64,000 nucleotides of DNA from the IMG/VR virus record IMGVR_UViG_3300020576_003018, positions 13,126 to 77,125 of that record, one strand, 5' to 3'. This stretch comes from a virus. Lineage: Duplodnaviria > Caudoviricetes. The notes under the pieces were generated by a model, which ran no database searches, was not told where the DNA came from, and saw nothing but the letters and a program-made list of their open reading frames with translations. How positions within the stretch are numbered: the first letter of the stretch is position 1; every line of letters starts with the position of its first letter. Made by a program: the position numbers and the translations under genes. Below, piece after piece: positions 28,150 to 37,519 of this stretch.

Positions 28150-29019
28150 ATGAAGGAAATCCTGATCCCATCCGACGAATATCAGATTCGTTTCTACTGT
28201 AACACCAAAACTTCCAAAACCTGCTGGTTTGATTGCAACCCAAAAGAAGACGGAACTTACATTGAAATGACCCTGTGTGAAGCGTTCCGATATGCTTCTG
28301 AGGATCGTTCGGTAAAGTGTCCCCACTGTGGCACAAGAATGCAACCAGATTCTCACATCCGACACAAAGAAAAGACTCAGGCAGAAATCCTGGAATCAGA
28401 GCTTTGGCAGTTGACTGATGATGAGGTAGTGGAAAGTTGGTTAGATGATTACAGGGAGGCAACTAGGGCTCACATGGACTCTCTTTCAGATGATGAGTTT
28501 TTGAAACAGGTTCTTCCGCATGAGCTTGTTTTTGTTTACGGAACCCTCAAACGAGGTTTTGGAAACCATTCATATTTGAACGGTTCTGAGTTCCTTGGCA
28601 TTGGGGTTCTTAGAGACTCAAGGATGGAACTTGTTAGTTTGGGTTTCTGCCCAGCGGTTGTGAAAGTTCATGAAGAGAAAGGGAATGGAGTTGCTGGGGA
28701 ATTGTATTCTGTAAATCACAAAACCCTTCGCCGCCTTGACGCTCTTGAGGGTAATGGATTTCTATATGCCCGAGAACAGTTCGAGGTTGATTATTACTGC
28801 CACAAAACAGAAACAACGAAGGCTGCTGTGGCCTGGGTTTATGTCCTCCTGGAAAACAACCTCGAACCACTGACGAGCGATGATCGTGTCAAGCACGTTG
28901 CTGTTGCTGACAATTCTTTCTTGTCAAGGTCTTCAAGCTGTGTTGGTCTTGATGATGCTGGGATTCAACACTGGATCAAACAAGAGGAACTCAAAGAACC
29001 TTTTGAGTTGACCGAATAG
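28150..29019 (+). CDS. Gamma-glutamylcyclotransferase (AIG2/GGCT-like) with N-terminal Zn-ribbon
   Basis: VFVYGTLKRG..NH..L, GELYSV, LDALEG; N-terminal CPHCG. Confidence 0.85.
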   Translation: MKEILIPSDEYQIRFYCNTKTSKTCWFDCNPKEDGTYIEMTLCEAFRYASEDRSVKCPHCGTRMQPDSHIRHKEKTQAEILESELWQLTDDEVVESWLDDYREATRAHMDSLSDDEFLKQVLPHELVFVYGTLKRGFGNHSYLNGSEFLGIGVLRDSRMELVSLGFCPAVVKVHEEKGNGVAGELYSVNHKTLRRLDALEGNGFLYAREQFEVDYYCHKTETTKAAVAWVYVLLENNLEPLTSDDRVKHVAVADNSFLSRSSSCVGLDDAGIQHWIKQEELKEPFELTE

Positions 29020-29051
29020 TAGTTACAAAAACAGGAGTATTTGAAGAACAA

Positions 29052-30389
29052 ATGAGTATGGAACAATACCGGAAGCAAATTCGTGAAATGGTTAAGAAAG
29101 AGTTTGTTTCTCGATTCACAGTGGTGAAAGAGGCTGTTTATCGCGGAAGCAACTATCCAGAGTTTTGGAATGAGTTTCCAACGGGAACCCCAACGAAAGA
29201 GGTTACACCGTCCGTGACAAAGCATGATTTTGTTCGGCGTGTGATGAAGGAGCTTAACAGCCCAACAAACACACCAGCATCCAGAATCTATCTGGAGCCG
29301 GAAGCAAGGGCAAATGCAATAGCAAGGCTCACTCCTCTCATGGATAATCCCGATCAGTTTATTGAAGAGTTGAACAAGGAACGTGAATTGTTTTTTGGTG
29401 GTGGAAGTCTTCGTTCTTCTCCCGATCCTGTTGCAACAATTCTCCAACAGTACGCAGCAGACAAGTCTGTTTTGAAAAGTTTGTCTTCCAAGGCTGTGGC
29501 AAACTACAAACTTCGCGGTGGAGAAGAAGAGGAAGAAGAAACATCCCAGACAACTGGGTCGGAGGGATCAGGTTTTGGAGATGATGACAAACCCGCAACC
29601 GGGCACGGTGAAGGTGACAAAATCATTCGAAACATTCGTGACATGATTGCAGCAGATCCAACCGAAGTTGGAACAACGCAAGGCGTTCACAGTCGGTTGA
29701 AGAAAGCCAAAACACTTCTCAGCAAACCAGAAGTCTTCCAGCTTATGATGTTCTTGAAAAACAAGAACGTTTCTGAGGAAGACAAGACTGATGCGCTGGC
29801 GGATCTTCAAGTGGTGAATTCTCTGGCTGACGAAGCCACAGGCAACTACACTGAATTGTTTGTGGATTCTATGCTTCCCTCACTGAAAAACATCGCTGAT
29901 GTTGATAACGACGATGAGCGTTACTCTGCACTTGAAAAAGGAATTCAAACCTTTGTTGCTGGTCTGAAAAAACAAGGTGTGAAAGAGTTCAACAACAACG
30001 AACTTCCTGTGTTTGTTGATGCGCTTTCAAAAGAACATGGAGAATTTACCGTCCTTGACCTGTTGATTCTTGTTGCCAAAAACCCTGGAAAGAGTTCCCA
30101 GCACTGGCAAACTGCATTTGAGTCTTTGAAGGATTCATTCTCCAAAGAGGCAGACAAACAAACAAACTTCAACTCTCTGGGAGAGTTTATTGACGCTGAC
30201 CCAGAAATGAAATCTGCAAGGAAGGAATTGTTCGACACGATTGTGAGCGTTGGTAGGCCAACAATGTCCGATGAAGAAAAGGCTGCTGCGAAAGCTGCCA
30301 GAGATCAAAAAAAGGCTGCTGAAAAGGCTGCTGAAAAAGCCGCAAGCGATGCAAGGTATGCAGCATACCTTGCCTCCAAAAAACGCTGA
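29052..30389 (+). CDS. Hypothetical helical protein (445 aa) with Lys/Ala-rich tail
   Basis: Long ORF; KAAAKAARDQKKAAEKAAEKAA. Confidence 0.7.
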   Translation: MSMEQYRKQIREMVKKEFVSRFTVVKEAVYRGSNYPEFWNEFPTGTPTKEVTPSVTKHDFVRRVMKELNSPTNTPASRIYLEPEARANAIARLTPLMDNPDQFIEELNKERELFFGGGSLRSSPDPVATILQQYAADKSVLKSLSSKAVANYKLRGGEEEEEETSQTTGSEGSGFGDDDKPATGHGEGDKIIRNIRDMIAADPTEVGTTQGVHSRLKKAKTLLSKPEVFQLMMFLKNKNVSEEDKTDALADLQVVNSLADEATGNYTELFVDSMLPSLKNIADVDNDDERYSALEKGIQTFVAGLKKQGVKEFNNNELPVFVDALSKEHGEFTVLDLLILVAKNPGKSSQHWQTAFESLKDSFSKEADKQTNFNSLGEFIDADPEMKSARKELFDTIVSVGRPTMSDEEKAAAKAARDQKKAAEKAAEKAASDARYAAYLASKKR

Positions 30390-30395
30390 TAGGAC

Positions 30396-30764
30396 GTGAA
30401 GTCAACCGTCATGCTTTCAAATGTTCTGAAACGTTTGTTCCCTTCACTTGTTGATGGGATCGACACAACCCTTCTTCACAACCTTCAATCAGATGGGCAA
30501 CACTGCTCCTTTGACTTGAAGTTTGAAACGAAAGAGGATATGAACAACATGATGTTTTACATCATGAGTCTCCATCACGACAAGACTGTCCATCTCCATT
30601 TGAAAATTGTTGGTGATGATGTGTTGCACGTTGTTGTAGAACACAAACCAGACGCCTCCAAGGATCTGTTGGAGATTTTGGTTTACGACATTTGTGACAA
30701 AGCAAACAAAGTCTCTGCGATTCATCTTCCTTCTTCCTCTCAACCTCCAACCCTCCGACTCTAA
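30396..30764 (+). CDS. Hypothetical protein
   Basis: ORF packed after the previous stop. Confidence 0.5.
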   Translation: MKSTVMLSNVLKRLFPSLVDGIDTTLLHNLQSDGQHCSFDLKFETKEDMNNMMFYIMSLHHDKTVHLHLKIVGDDVLHVVVEHKPDASKDLLEILVYDICDKANKVSAIHLPSSSQPPTLRL

Positions 30765-30793
30765 ACCCACAACCCAAAAGGATTGAATTTCTC

Positions 30794-31354
30794 ATGAAAG
30801 TCCAGATTGACAATCAGGGCAATCGCTTCTATGTTTCAGATGGAACCCCAGAAATCGTTTCGCCAGAGCAACCTCCTCTTCCTCCTGTGAAATCAGAAAC
30901 AGAGCCTCTCAGGGCTTTGTTTTTTAACAGTGCCAAGGATTGTAGGGCTTGGTTGAAGGAATCAAAAGAGATTCCTTTGGCAAATGGTGGCGGTTACAGG
31001 GATTTTATTCCTCCAACCGTCTCCACTGATTCTCCATTGGCGGAAGTAATCCTAAACAGCTTCAAGCTCGACGAAAAAAAAGAACACGACACACTTTTTA
31101 CTGTTTGTTTGTTTGATGGAGTCGTAGACACAAAGTCTCTAAGCGAAATCTACAAATCCAAGGCAAGAAATAGTGGTTCTACCGAGGCAAGACTGTTTGT
31201 CTGTTTTTCTGGATGGAGTGGAGTGGAGTTTGGCGTGTTTGAGGTTAGTTTTATGTTCTGGCATCGGTTTTCTGCCACGCCAATCAAAGAAACACCTGGG
31301 TTGTTTCAAGTAGATTTCATGTGTCGCGTTAGAAACCACTGGCTCGACTTCTGA
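30794..31354 (+). CDS. Hypothetical protein
   Basis: 186 aa ORF. Confidence 0.6.
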   Translation: MKVQIDNQGNRFYVSDGTPEIVSPEQPPLPPVKSETEPLRALFFNSAKDCRAWLKESKEIPLANGGGYRDFIPPTVSTDSPLAEVILNSFKLDEKKEHDTLFTVCLFDGVVDTKSLSEIYKSKARNSGSTEARLFVCFSGWSGVEFGVFEVSFMFWHRFSATPIKETPGLFQVDFMCRVRNHWLDF

Positions 31355-31378
31355 TAAGGAGGATGGCTATTTAGGGTC

Positions 31379-31852
31379 ATGACTCTGAGAAAATCAATCA
31401 TCGCCCTAACCCTCCTGGAAGCCGTGCAAGCCCTTCAAGAGCAACAAGCACCTCCACCACCTCCACCTGAACCAGCGGCCCCTGCTGCGCCTCCTGAGCC
31501 TGTTGCGGGGGCACCAGAAACCCCTTCCTCCGGTGGAGTTGCAACCGACGCAGAAACGGGAGAAGCCCTCACTCTTGATGCAATCCTCGAAAGGCTGAAC
31601 ATTATTCGTTCTGGGAAGAGTTTCTCTGATCCGGCTGTTTATGCCAATCTCTCAAACTGGTATCAAAAACTTCCACCTGACGAACAAACAAAGCTGAATG
31701 AGTCACTGAAAACCATTGGTGCAATTGTTCAAAACCAGCAGCCGGAAATTGCTCAACCACCCGCACCCGAACAACCGGCTGCTCCTCCAACACCTCCACC
31801 AGCAGCACCAGCAGCGTCGCCTTCTCCTCTTCCTCCACCAGCACAACAATGA
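31379..31852 (+). CDS. Pro/Ala-rich hypothetical protein
   Basis: Two Pro-rich arms flank a core LNIIRSGKSFSD. Confidence 0.65.
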   Translation: MTLRKSIIALTLLEAVQALQEQQAPPPPPPEPAAPAAPPEPVAGAPETPSSGGVATDAETGEALTLDAILERLNIIRSGKSFSDPAVYANLSNWYQKLPPDEQTKLNESLKTIGAIVQNQQPEIAQPPAPEQPAAPPTPPPAAPAASPSPLPPPAQQ

Positions 31853-32109
31853 AATCACTGAGCGAAGTCCTTTACAAGAAAACCTTCGTGAGAAGGAAAC
31901 CTCAAGGAGAGGAAAACTTCGTTTATGGAGACAAGACTGTTGGTGTTGAAACCAAGAAACACTACGAAATGCTTTGCAAGACTTTGATGCACCTGGAAGC
32001 TTTGAAGAGTGTCTATCCCAGAGGTTCAGCCAACAGACACATCCTTTCTCAAACTTGCTCGCGGCTGAAAAGATTGATTGCGAGACTTGAGAAAAACCTT
32101 CTTGACTGA
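31849..32109 (+). CDS. Hypothetical protein
   Basis: ATGA overlap with the previous gene. Confidence 0.6.
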   Translation: MKSLSEVLYKKTFVRRKPQGEENFVYGDKTVGVETKKHYEMLCKTLMHLEALKSVYPRGSANRHILSQTCSRLKRLIARLEKNLLD

Positions 32110-32130
32110 TGGGTGAGGTTGTGGTACTCA
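32102..32130 (+). promoter_or_regulatory. Sigma70 promoter, leaderless
   Basis: TTGACT-17-TACTCA-6 nt-ATG 32137. Confidence 0.7.
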
Positions 32131-32136
32131 CGCTGC

Positions 32137-32475
32137 ATGAGTTCACTCACCCCAGAAACAGTCGTTCTCAACAATAAAGTCTATCAGGTTGTCGCTCGGT
32201 TCTACAACGATCCAGAAATGACTGCCATCCCCTGTTTCCCACAAAACGTAAATGACTTGCCCGTTCGGACTCAACTCGATCCAAAAACCATTGTGGAGTT
32301 TGTTGCGTTTGATGGTGAGTTCTATGTTGTCCAGCCAATGCTGGAACTCGAATTAGAGTTCGACAAGAACAAAATTGCTATTACTCGTTACAAACGCTAT
32401 GAGAATTTTGGCGGCACTGTTCTGGTTCACAAGAACTTCTTGAAGTTCTTTCTCTTGTTTAAGCCTGGGCGATAA
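32137..32475 (+). CDS. Array-family-like protein
   Basis: NKVYQVV, IVEFV; start fixed by the promoter. Confidence 0.6.
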   Translation: MSSLTPETVVLNNKVYQVVARFYNDPEMTAIPCFPQNVNDLPVRTQLDPKTIVEFVAFDGEFYVVQPMLELELEFDKNKIAITRYKRYENFGGTVLVHKNFLKFFLLFKPGR

Positions 32476-32487
32476 GGAGATCCCAAA

Positions 32488-32784
32488 ATGGAATTGCAAG
32501 CTGGTGGTTTGTATGAGTCTTATCGCAAGGATATTTTTTTACGTCACCCCAGTAAACTCGCTTGGCAACTCGGTAAAATAGGTTGCAGATTTGTTGTGTT
32601 GGAGAAACAAGGAATTGGCAAGCAAGATTGGGTTTGGTGGCATTGTTACCATGATTCCATTCACTACTCTGTGTTGGCCATTATCGGCAGACAACATTTT
32701 GTGAAATTGACTCTTACTGTTCATGGGGACGCGGCTGACTTTAAGTTGCTGTGTGAGGGAGCAAAAGAAACCAATGTTCATTAA
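32488..32784 (+). CDS. Array-family protein
   Basis: AGGLYE, RFVVLE. Confidence 0.65.
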   Translation: MELQAGGLYESYRKDIFLRHPSKLAWQLGKIGCRFVVLEKQGIGKQDWVWWHCYHDSIHYSVLAIIGRQHFVKLTLTVHGDAADFKLLCEGAKETNVH

Positions 32785-33049
32785 AGGCGGTTTGTATGAA
32801 GTCATGGATGGCGCCTTTGAAGTCCGTTCGTCTGCTGATGGTTCCTTTCTGAGCAAATTGAATCCTGGGGACAAGTTTCTCTTCATTTCCATGTGGTGTA
32901 AAGATTCTTGTGGGTATATTTCCGGAATCAATGTTCTGACCCCAGAAATCACGGGTTTGGTTGTTTTGGTTCACTTTAACCGGATGAATCCAAAATATTG
33001 GGGTTCTCGTGTTCGTCTTTTGGCAAAACCTCATGATGAGGGACAATGA
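32774..33049 (+). CDS. Array-family protein
   Basis: KGGLYEV, PGDKFLFI, VLTPE. Confidence 0.7.
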   Translation: MFIKGGLYEVMDGAFEVRSSADGSFLSKLNPGDKFLFISMWCKDSCGYISGINVLTPEITGLVVLVHFNRMNPKYWGSRVRLLAKPHDEGQ

Positions 33050-33300
33050 TGTCCGCTAGACCCAAAATAGGTGGACTATACCGTTCCATCACATCGTCTC
33101 TCGAACTCCATCCGAGCGATGAATTTGGATTATACCGCTTCCCCAAGCTGGGTGAGATGTTTGTATTTTTGAGGCGTGAACCACAATTCCATAGAAGTGG
33201 TGTGTACCTTGTTTTGAGAGTTGTTGACGGAAAAACGTATTTGTGGTGCGGAAACCTTCAATTTCGATTTGAACCTGTTGAGACAGAGGAAATACTTTGA
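33046..33300 (+). CDS. Array-family protein
   Basis: IGGLYR, GEMFVFL, VDGK. Confidence 0.7.
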   Translation: MMSARPKIGGLYRSITSSLELHPSDEFGLYRFPKLGEMFVFLRREPQFHRSGVYLVLRVVDGKTYLWCGNLQFRFEPVETEEIL

Positions 33301-33788
33301 TGCCAATTCTAACACGAACAACGCCAATCCCCAAGACGCAAGAGGATTACTACAATTTCCTCAATGCACATTACTTCAATCTTTTCGGGAATCATTACCC
33401 AGACGCTTGTGTCCCACTCGGCTGGCATAAGATCATCCTGTTTCTCTGCGAACAAACACAAAGAATGATTTGTGGGTATGGAATGCCGCGCAACATAGTG
33501 CTCTTTGAGCAGATCAAGGAAAAGTTTGGGAGCCTCAGAGTTTATGTTTGCATTCAGGTTGACAACAACCCAGAAGACGTGGTAGAAGGTGTGCCTCTGC
33601 CTGAAACTGTCGAACACCTTCGACTGCATGTTCATGATCTCATCAAGGTTGCGGAGAGAATGGCAGACAAAACCTGCGTTGGTTGTGGCGAAGATGACCA
33701 GCCAGTAAAATCATCCAGTTTTGGCACTTACTGTCAGGATTGTTGGCAACTCATAAACTCTCAAAGAAAGAAGGCATTCATCCCATGA
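33297..33788 (+). CDS. Conserved phage hypothetical protein with C-terminal Zn finger
   Basis: GWHKII, QIKEKFGSLRVY, CVGCG...YCQDC. Confidence 0.7.
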   Translation: MMPILTRTTPIPKTQEDYYNFLNAHYFNLFGNHYPDACVPLGWHKIILFLCEQTQRMICGYGMPRNIVLFEQIKEKFGSLRVYVCIQVDNNPEDVVEGVPLPETVEHLRLHVHDLIKVAERMADKTCVGCGEDDQPVKSSSFGTYCQDCWQLINSQRKKAFIP

Positions 33789-34840
33789 AGATTCTGGTTG
33801 GCATGTCTGGTGGTGTTGACTCTGCGGTTGTTGCTGCTCTTCTCAAGCGAGATGGGCACGAAGTTTATGGGTATACCCTCAAGCTTCTCGAAACCACCAA
33901 GGGCGACGAAAGCGAGGGTTGCTGCACCTTCAAGGATATTCGTGATGCTCAGATGGTTTGTGATACCATTGGCATTGAGTATCTTGTCACCAACTGGAAG
34001 AAGGTTTTCAAGACCAATGTGATTGATCAGTATGTTGCTGGGGCCAAGGAAGGGATTGCTTACAATCCTTGTGTTACCTGCAATTCAACCGTGAAGCTTC
34101 CTGTGCTTTTTGCTGTTGCTAACCATCTCCACTGTGACATGGTTGCAACTGGTCATTACGCTCGGATCAAGAATGGCCGAATTGCTCGTGCAGCAAATCT
34201 CGCAAAGGATCAAAGCTATTTCCTTTGGGAAGCTGACCCGAAGATTCTTGAGCGGTTTGTTTTTCCTCTCGGTGACATTCCCAGCAAGGATGACACCCGG
34301 AAGCTCGCAGAAGAGTTTGGTCTGACTTCTGTTTCAAAGAAGAAGGATAGTCATGATCTTTGTTTCTTCGAAGGCGGAACCAAGACAGAGTTTCTGGAGA
34401 AGCACATTCCTCCAGCCACGGGAAAGTTTGTTGACAACAGCACTGGCAAGGTTGTTGGAACCCATGAAGGTTTTTCCAACTTTGTTCCTGGGCAGCGGGC
34501 AAAGATTGCTGGTTCTTCTTCTCCTCGGTTTGTCTTGAAGGTTCTTCCTTCCAGCAACGAGGTGTTGGTTGGGTCGAAGGAGGATGCTGGTGTGACTGAG
34601 GTCATCATCAATCGCTCCAGGATCGTTTCTGGTGCCACGGATATTCCTCTGTGGGGTGTGATGAGGTACCGAGGTGTTCCCGCCCCTATTAAGGCGATTA
34701 GGCCTCTTCCTGGTGATCTGGACAATTCCAGGATGGTGGTTGAGTTTCAGGAGATGGTTTTTGGTGTTTCTCCTGGTCAGAGTTTGGTGTTCTATGGTGA
34801 GGATGACACCGTGTTCGGTGGTGGAGTGATCGAAAAGTAG
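33785..34840 (+). CDS. mnmA: tRNA-specific 2-thiouridylase
   Basis: PP-loop SGGVDS, GCC, NPCVTCN, ATGHYARI, KDQSYFL, KKDSHDLCF, GQSLVFY. Confidence 0.93.
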   Translation: MKILVGMSGGVDSAVVAALLKRDGHEVYGYTLKLLETTKGDESEGCCTFKDIRDAQMVCDTIGIEYLVTNWKKVFKTNVIDQYVAGAKEGIAYNPCVTCNSTVKLPVLFAVANHLHCDMVATGHYARIKNGRIARAANLAKDQSYFLWEADPKILERFVFPLGDIPSKDDTRKLAEEFGLTSVSKKKDSHDLCFFEGGTKTEFLEKHIPPATGKFVDNSTGKVVGTHEGFSNFVPGQRAKIAGSSSPRFVLKVLPSSNEVLVGSKEDAGVTEVIINRSRIVSGATDIPLWGVMRYRGVPAPIKAIRPLPGDLDNSRMVVEFQEMVFGVSPGQSLVFYGEDDTVFGGGVIEK

Positions 34841-34858
34841 TTCAACCACATAATTCTC

Positions 34859-34887
34859 TTGTGGTTGGGTTCGGGACATGATAGAGT
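34859..34887 (+). promoter_or_regulatory. Sigma70-like promoter, leaderless
   Basis: TTGTGG-17-TAGAGT-6 nt-ATG 34894. Confidence 0.6.
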
Positions 34888-34893
34888 CTCATC

Positions 34894-35184
34894 ATGAACC
34901 ACGCCAAGACAGTGAAATACGTTCGGAAGATGGCTCTTGCCCTTCTTGCCTATGTGCAAGGATATGGTGGCAACGAGCCATTTTCTGTTGATGGTTTGGT
35001 ATTCAACGGCAAGTCGTTCAACTATCTCGGAAACACAATCGGATTTTTGGATTTTGACACGCAGGAACTTCACTTGAATGTCAACAGCAGTTACTCGTGT
35101 CCTTTGATGCGAGATGTTCTCAACCAGTTTGGTTATTTTTTGGAGACTTCGTTTGAGGGTTGGAAGGTGATCTACCATGTCTGA
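34894..35184 (+). CDS. Hypothetical protein
   Basis: First gene after the promoter. Confidence 0.6.
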   Translation: MNHAKTVKYVRKMALALLAYVQGYGGNEPFSVDGLVFNGKSFNYLGNTIGFLDFDTQELHLNVNSSYSCPLMRDVLNQFGYFLETSFEGWKVIYHV

Positions 35185-35637
35185 GACCAATACCATTTTC
35201 AGCAAGTTCATTTTGGAGGCAATCAAATTGTCTCGTGAGCATGAGTATGAACCTAACCTCCAGGCTTATCTGACGGCGTTGATTGTTTCAGGCGGGAAGA
35301 TTCTGTCTGTTGGTTTTAATGGCCGGGATAAGGCATCCTCTGGCCTTCAGCGACGTTATTCCCAGCACAACTCTCATCGTGCTTCCAAGCCTTGCACGAT
35401 TCACGCTGAGATTGATGCTGTTTTGAACTGTCGGAAGAAGATTGATCTGACCGGCAGCAAAATCTTTGTGATTCGTCGGTTGCGTTTAGATTCTGTTGAG
35501 AATCCTTTGATTGCAATGGCGAAGCCTTGTCCGATGTGTCAGGCAGTGCTGTTCTCTCTTATGGTATTCGTCGTGCAACTTACACGATTTCCAATGATGA
35601 GTTTGGTGTGCTGAACATCACTGATCCCAGGAAGTGA
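35177..35637 (+). CDS. Zn-dependent cytidine/dCMP-type deaminase, C-terminal frameshift
   Basis: TIHAEIDA, AKPCPMC; removing one CT at ~35555 restores YGIRRATYT... ending at TGA 35637. Confidence 0.8.
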
Positions 35638-35638
35638 A

Positions 35639-35911
35639 GTGGTTAAAATGTTGAAGAGTGGTGGTTTGTTCCAAGTGGCTCGCATAACGATCGCCGTTTG
35701 GAGTATTTCCGATTTTGCTGATTTTCGCAGGGCTTCCACGTTGGAAGCGGGGGATTTTTTCATTCTTCTCAAGCCAAACAGTTCGTTTGGCTTTCATGTG
35801 AATTATTCAGAAATTCTGGTCTCTAAAGATGGCAAACGTGGTTTTATTGCGAACCTTGTCCTAAACATCCAAAACGGTTTTGTTGTTGAAGTAAAGGAAT
35901 TAGAACAATGA
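35639..35911 (+). CDS. Array-family protein, KDGKRGFI subfamily
   Basis: GGLFQV, AGDFFIL, ILVSKDGKRGFI. Confidence 0.7.
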   Translation: MVKMLKSGGLFQVARITIAVWSISDFADFRRASTLEAGDFFILLKPNSSFGFHVNYSEILVSKDGKRGFIANLVLNIQNGFVVEVKELEQ

Positions 35912-36177
35912 AGATTGGTAGTCTATATCGGGTTGTTTTAGGTTCGAAACCCTGGCTCCGCGGCCATGCCATTTGGGAGACTGATGAGATCGGCTCCGAC
36001 GATGATGCTAAGATAGTCAGCAGGCTGTGCCGAGGAGATCACTTTGTTTTTCTTGGCAAAGGTCGGAATGGTTTCGATGAAATCCTAGTTTCCAAAGACG
36101 GTCAACGTGGCTTTATTCATGGTGTGGACGGGTTGTTGCAGGGGGGCGTGGTGGCAAAAGTGGAGACAGAGAAATGA
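35908..36177 (+). CDS. Array-family protein, KDGKRGFI subfamily
   Basis: GSLYRV, GDHFVFL, ILVSKDGQRGFI. Confidence 0.7.
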   Translation: MKIGSLYRVVLGSKPWLRGHAIWETDEIGSDDDAKIVSRLCRGDHFVFLGKGRNGFDEILVSKDGQRGFIHGVDGLLQGGVVAKVETEK

Positions 36178-36407
36178 AAACTGGGGGTTTGTATCGGGCG
36201 ATTGACAAAGATTCCAACTGGATTGTGTGGTGGAATGCCGATCCAACAGATAGAACAACGGTTTCTGTTTTGAGAGAGGGTGATCTGTTTGTTTATCTTG
36301 GCGAAGGACTAAACGACTACTCGAAGGTTCTCATTGTGAAAGATGGTAAACGTGGTTTTATTAGAATCAACAATGAACACGTTGTAGAAATGGACACTGA
36401 TGAATGA
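36174..36407 (+). CDS. Array-family protein, KDGKRGFI subfamily
   Basis: GGLYR, GDLFVYL, IVKDGKRGFI. Confidence 0.7.
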   Translation: MKTGGLYRAIDKDSNWIVWWNADPTDRTTVSVLREGDLFVYLGEGLNDYSKVLIVKDGKRGFIRINNEHVVEMDTDE

Positions 36408-36682
36408 AAATCGGAGGGTTATTCCGGATTGTTGGCGGAGGAACTTGGGGCGTGTATTCGAACACTACAATTTCCGCCGAAGTAGCTTTCTGCATGAATG
36501 AGGGCGATTGCTTTGTTGTCCTGGAATGCGTCGAGCTAACCAAACGTCATACGGTTTCAAAAATTCTGGTGGTTGGCAGTTGTTTGAGCGGCTACATCTA
36601 TTCCTCAGATCGTTCTGACTCCGTTTATTTGAAAGAATTGACAGACAGAGAGGAAGGTGTTGGTGATGGCAACTCCGTATAA
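36404..36682 (+). CDS. Array-family protein
   Basis: GGLFRI, GDCFVVL, SKILV..GYI. Confidence 0.7.
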   Translation: MKIGGLFRIVGGGTWGVYSNTTISAEVAFCMNEGDCFVVLECVELTKRHTVSKILVVGSCLSGYIYSSDRSDSVYLKELTDREEGVGDGNSV

Positions 36683-37004
36683 TCCAAATTCCAGATATGT
36701 TCCTTGGCGAATCAAGATTGGAGATCTTGTGTTGATTCGTGCCAGTTTGGTTTATCATCCTGCTTCTGATGATGACTATATTCTTGCCGTATTGGTAGAA
36801 ATAAAAGAAGAAGGGGTTGATTTTATCAACCCCTGCAAGATCGTCTTTCTCTCCCCAAAACATGACAAAATTGCCATCTTTCTCTCCCCAAAACATGACA
36901 AAATTGCCATCTTTCTGGACGTTGTGGAAAACGAGGTTGTTGTGTCAAAAGCAAACAGATACCTCATCAGACGCGCACCAAAAGACGAAAATGAAACAGG
37001 TTAA
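36666..37004 (+). CDS. Array-family protein with internal 33-bp duplication
   Basis: IGDLVL; FLSPKHDKIAI twice. Confidence 0.65.
   Translation: MATPYNPNSRYVPWRIKIGDLVLIRASLVYHPASDDDYILAVLVEIKEEGVDFINPCKIVFLSPKHDKIAIFLSPKHDKIAIFLDVVENEVVVSKANRYLIRRAPKDENETG
36844..36916. repeat. Perfect 33-bp tandem duplication
   Basis: TCTTTCTCTCCCCAAAACATGACAAAATTGCCA x2. Confidence 0.95.
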
Positions 37005-37293
37005 ACCATGTACGAATTTGACTCCTGGCAAACTCTACAGTGTTGTTAGATTGCCGTCCACCAATCGAAAGTTTTCCAACATTATTGAATTGGTCGGGGT
37101 TGATCATTTCACGCAAGAATTTGTTGACATTTCACCTGGAGACATTCTCATGTTTATTACCACGGTGGGACCGTCAAGTGACGCCTGTGCGGCATTAAAC
37201 CTGTTTTTGTTTCAGAACAAACTGGTTCAAGTGGGTGCGTATATTCTAATACATGGTTTTTGGCTGGAGGAGGTTCAAAATGCTCATGAGTGA
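36991..37293 (+). CDS. Array-family protein
   Basis: PGKLYSV, PGDILMFI, WLEEV. Confidence 0.7.
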   Translation: MKQVKPCTNLTPGKLYSVVRLPSTNRKFSNIIELVGVDHFTQEFVDISPGDILMFITTVGPSSDACAALNLFLFQNKLVQVGAYILIHGFWLEEVQNAHE

Positions 37294-37519
37294 TCTTGTG
37301 GCCGGAACATTATGTGCTCACAAGGATTACGAAAATTATTTCCTTGTCATTCTGGGGAGGGATACAGAACAGGTAGAGGATTGCATTTATTGTTTCTTTT
37401 ATTGTTTGGAGACATGGAGGGGAAAAAATGGACCAGACATAGAAGCAAGGCGTGTCTTTGCCCCATACATTCTTAGAAAATTCGACTTGGTTGCAACTCC
37501 ACAGGAGGAATCAGAATGA
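37280..37519 (+). CDS. Array-family protein, CLETW subfamily
   Basis: AGTL, FLVILG, YCLETW. Confidence 0.65.
   Translation: MLMSDLVAGTLCAHKDYENYFLVILGRDTEQVEDCIYCFFYCLETWRGKNGPDIEARRVFAPYILRKFDLVATPQEESE

Noticed and set aside
35941-35955. GGTTCGAAACCC resembles a tRNA T-loop
   Set aside because: It lies inside a coding paralog, the stem is mismatched, and there is no acceptor, D or anticodon arm
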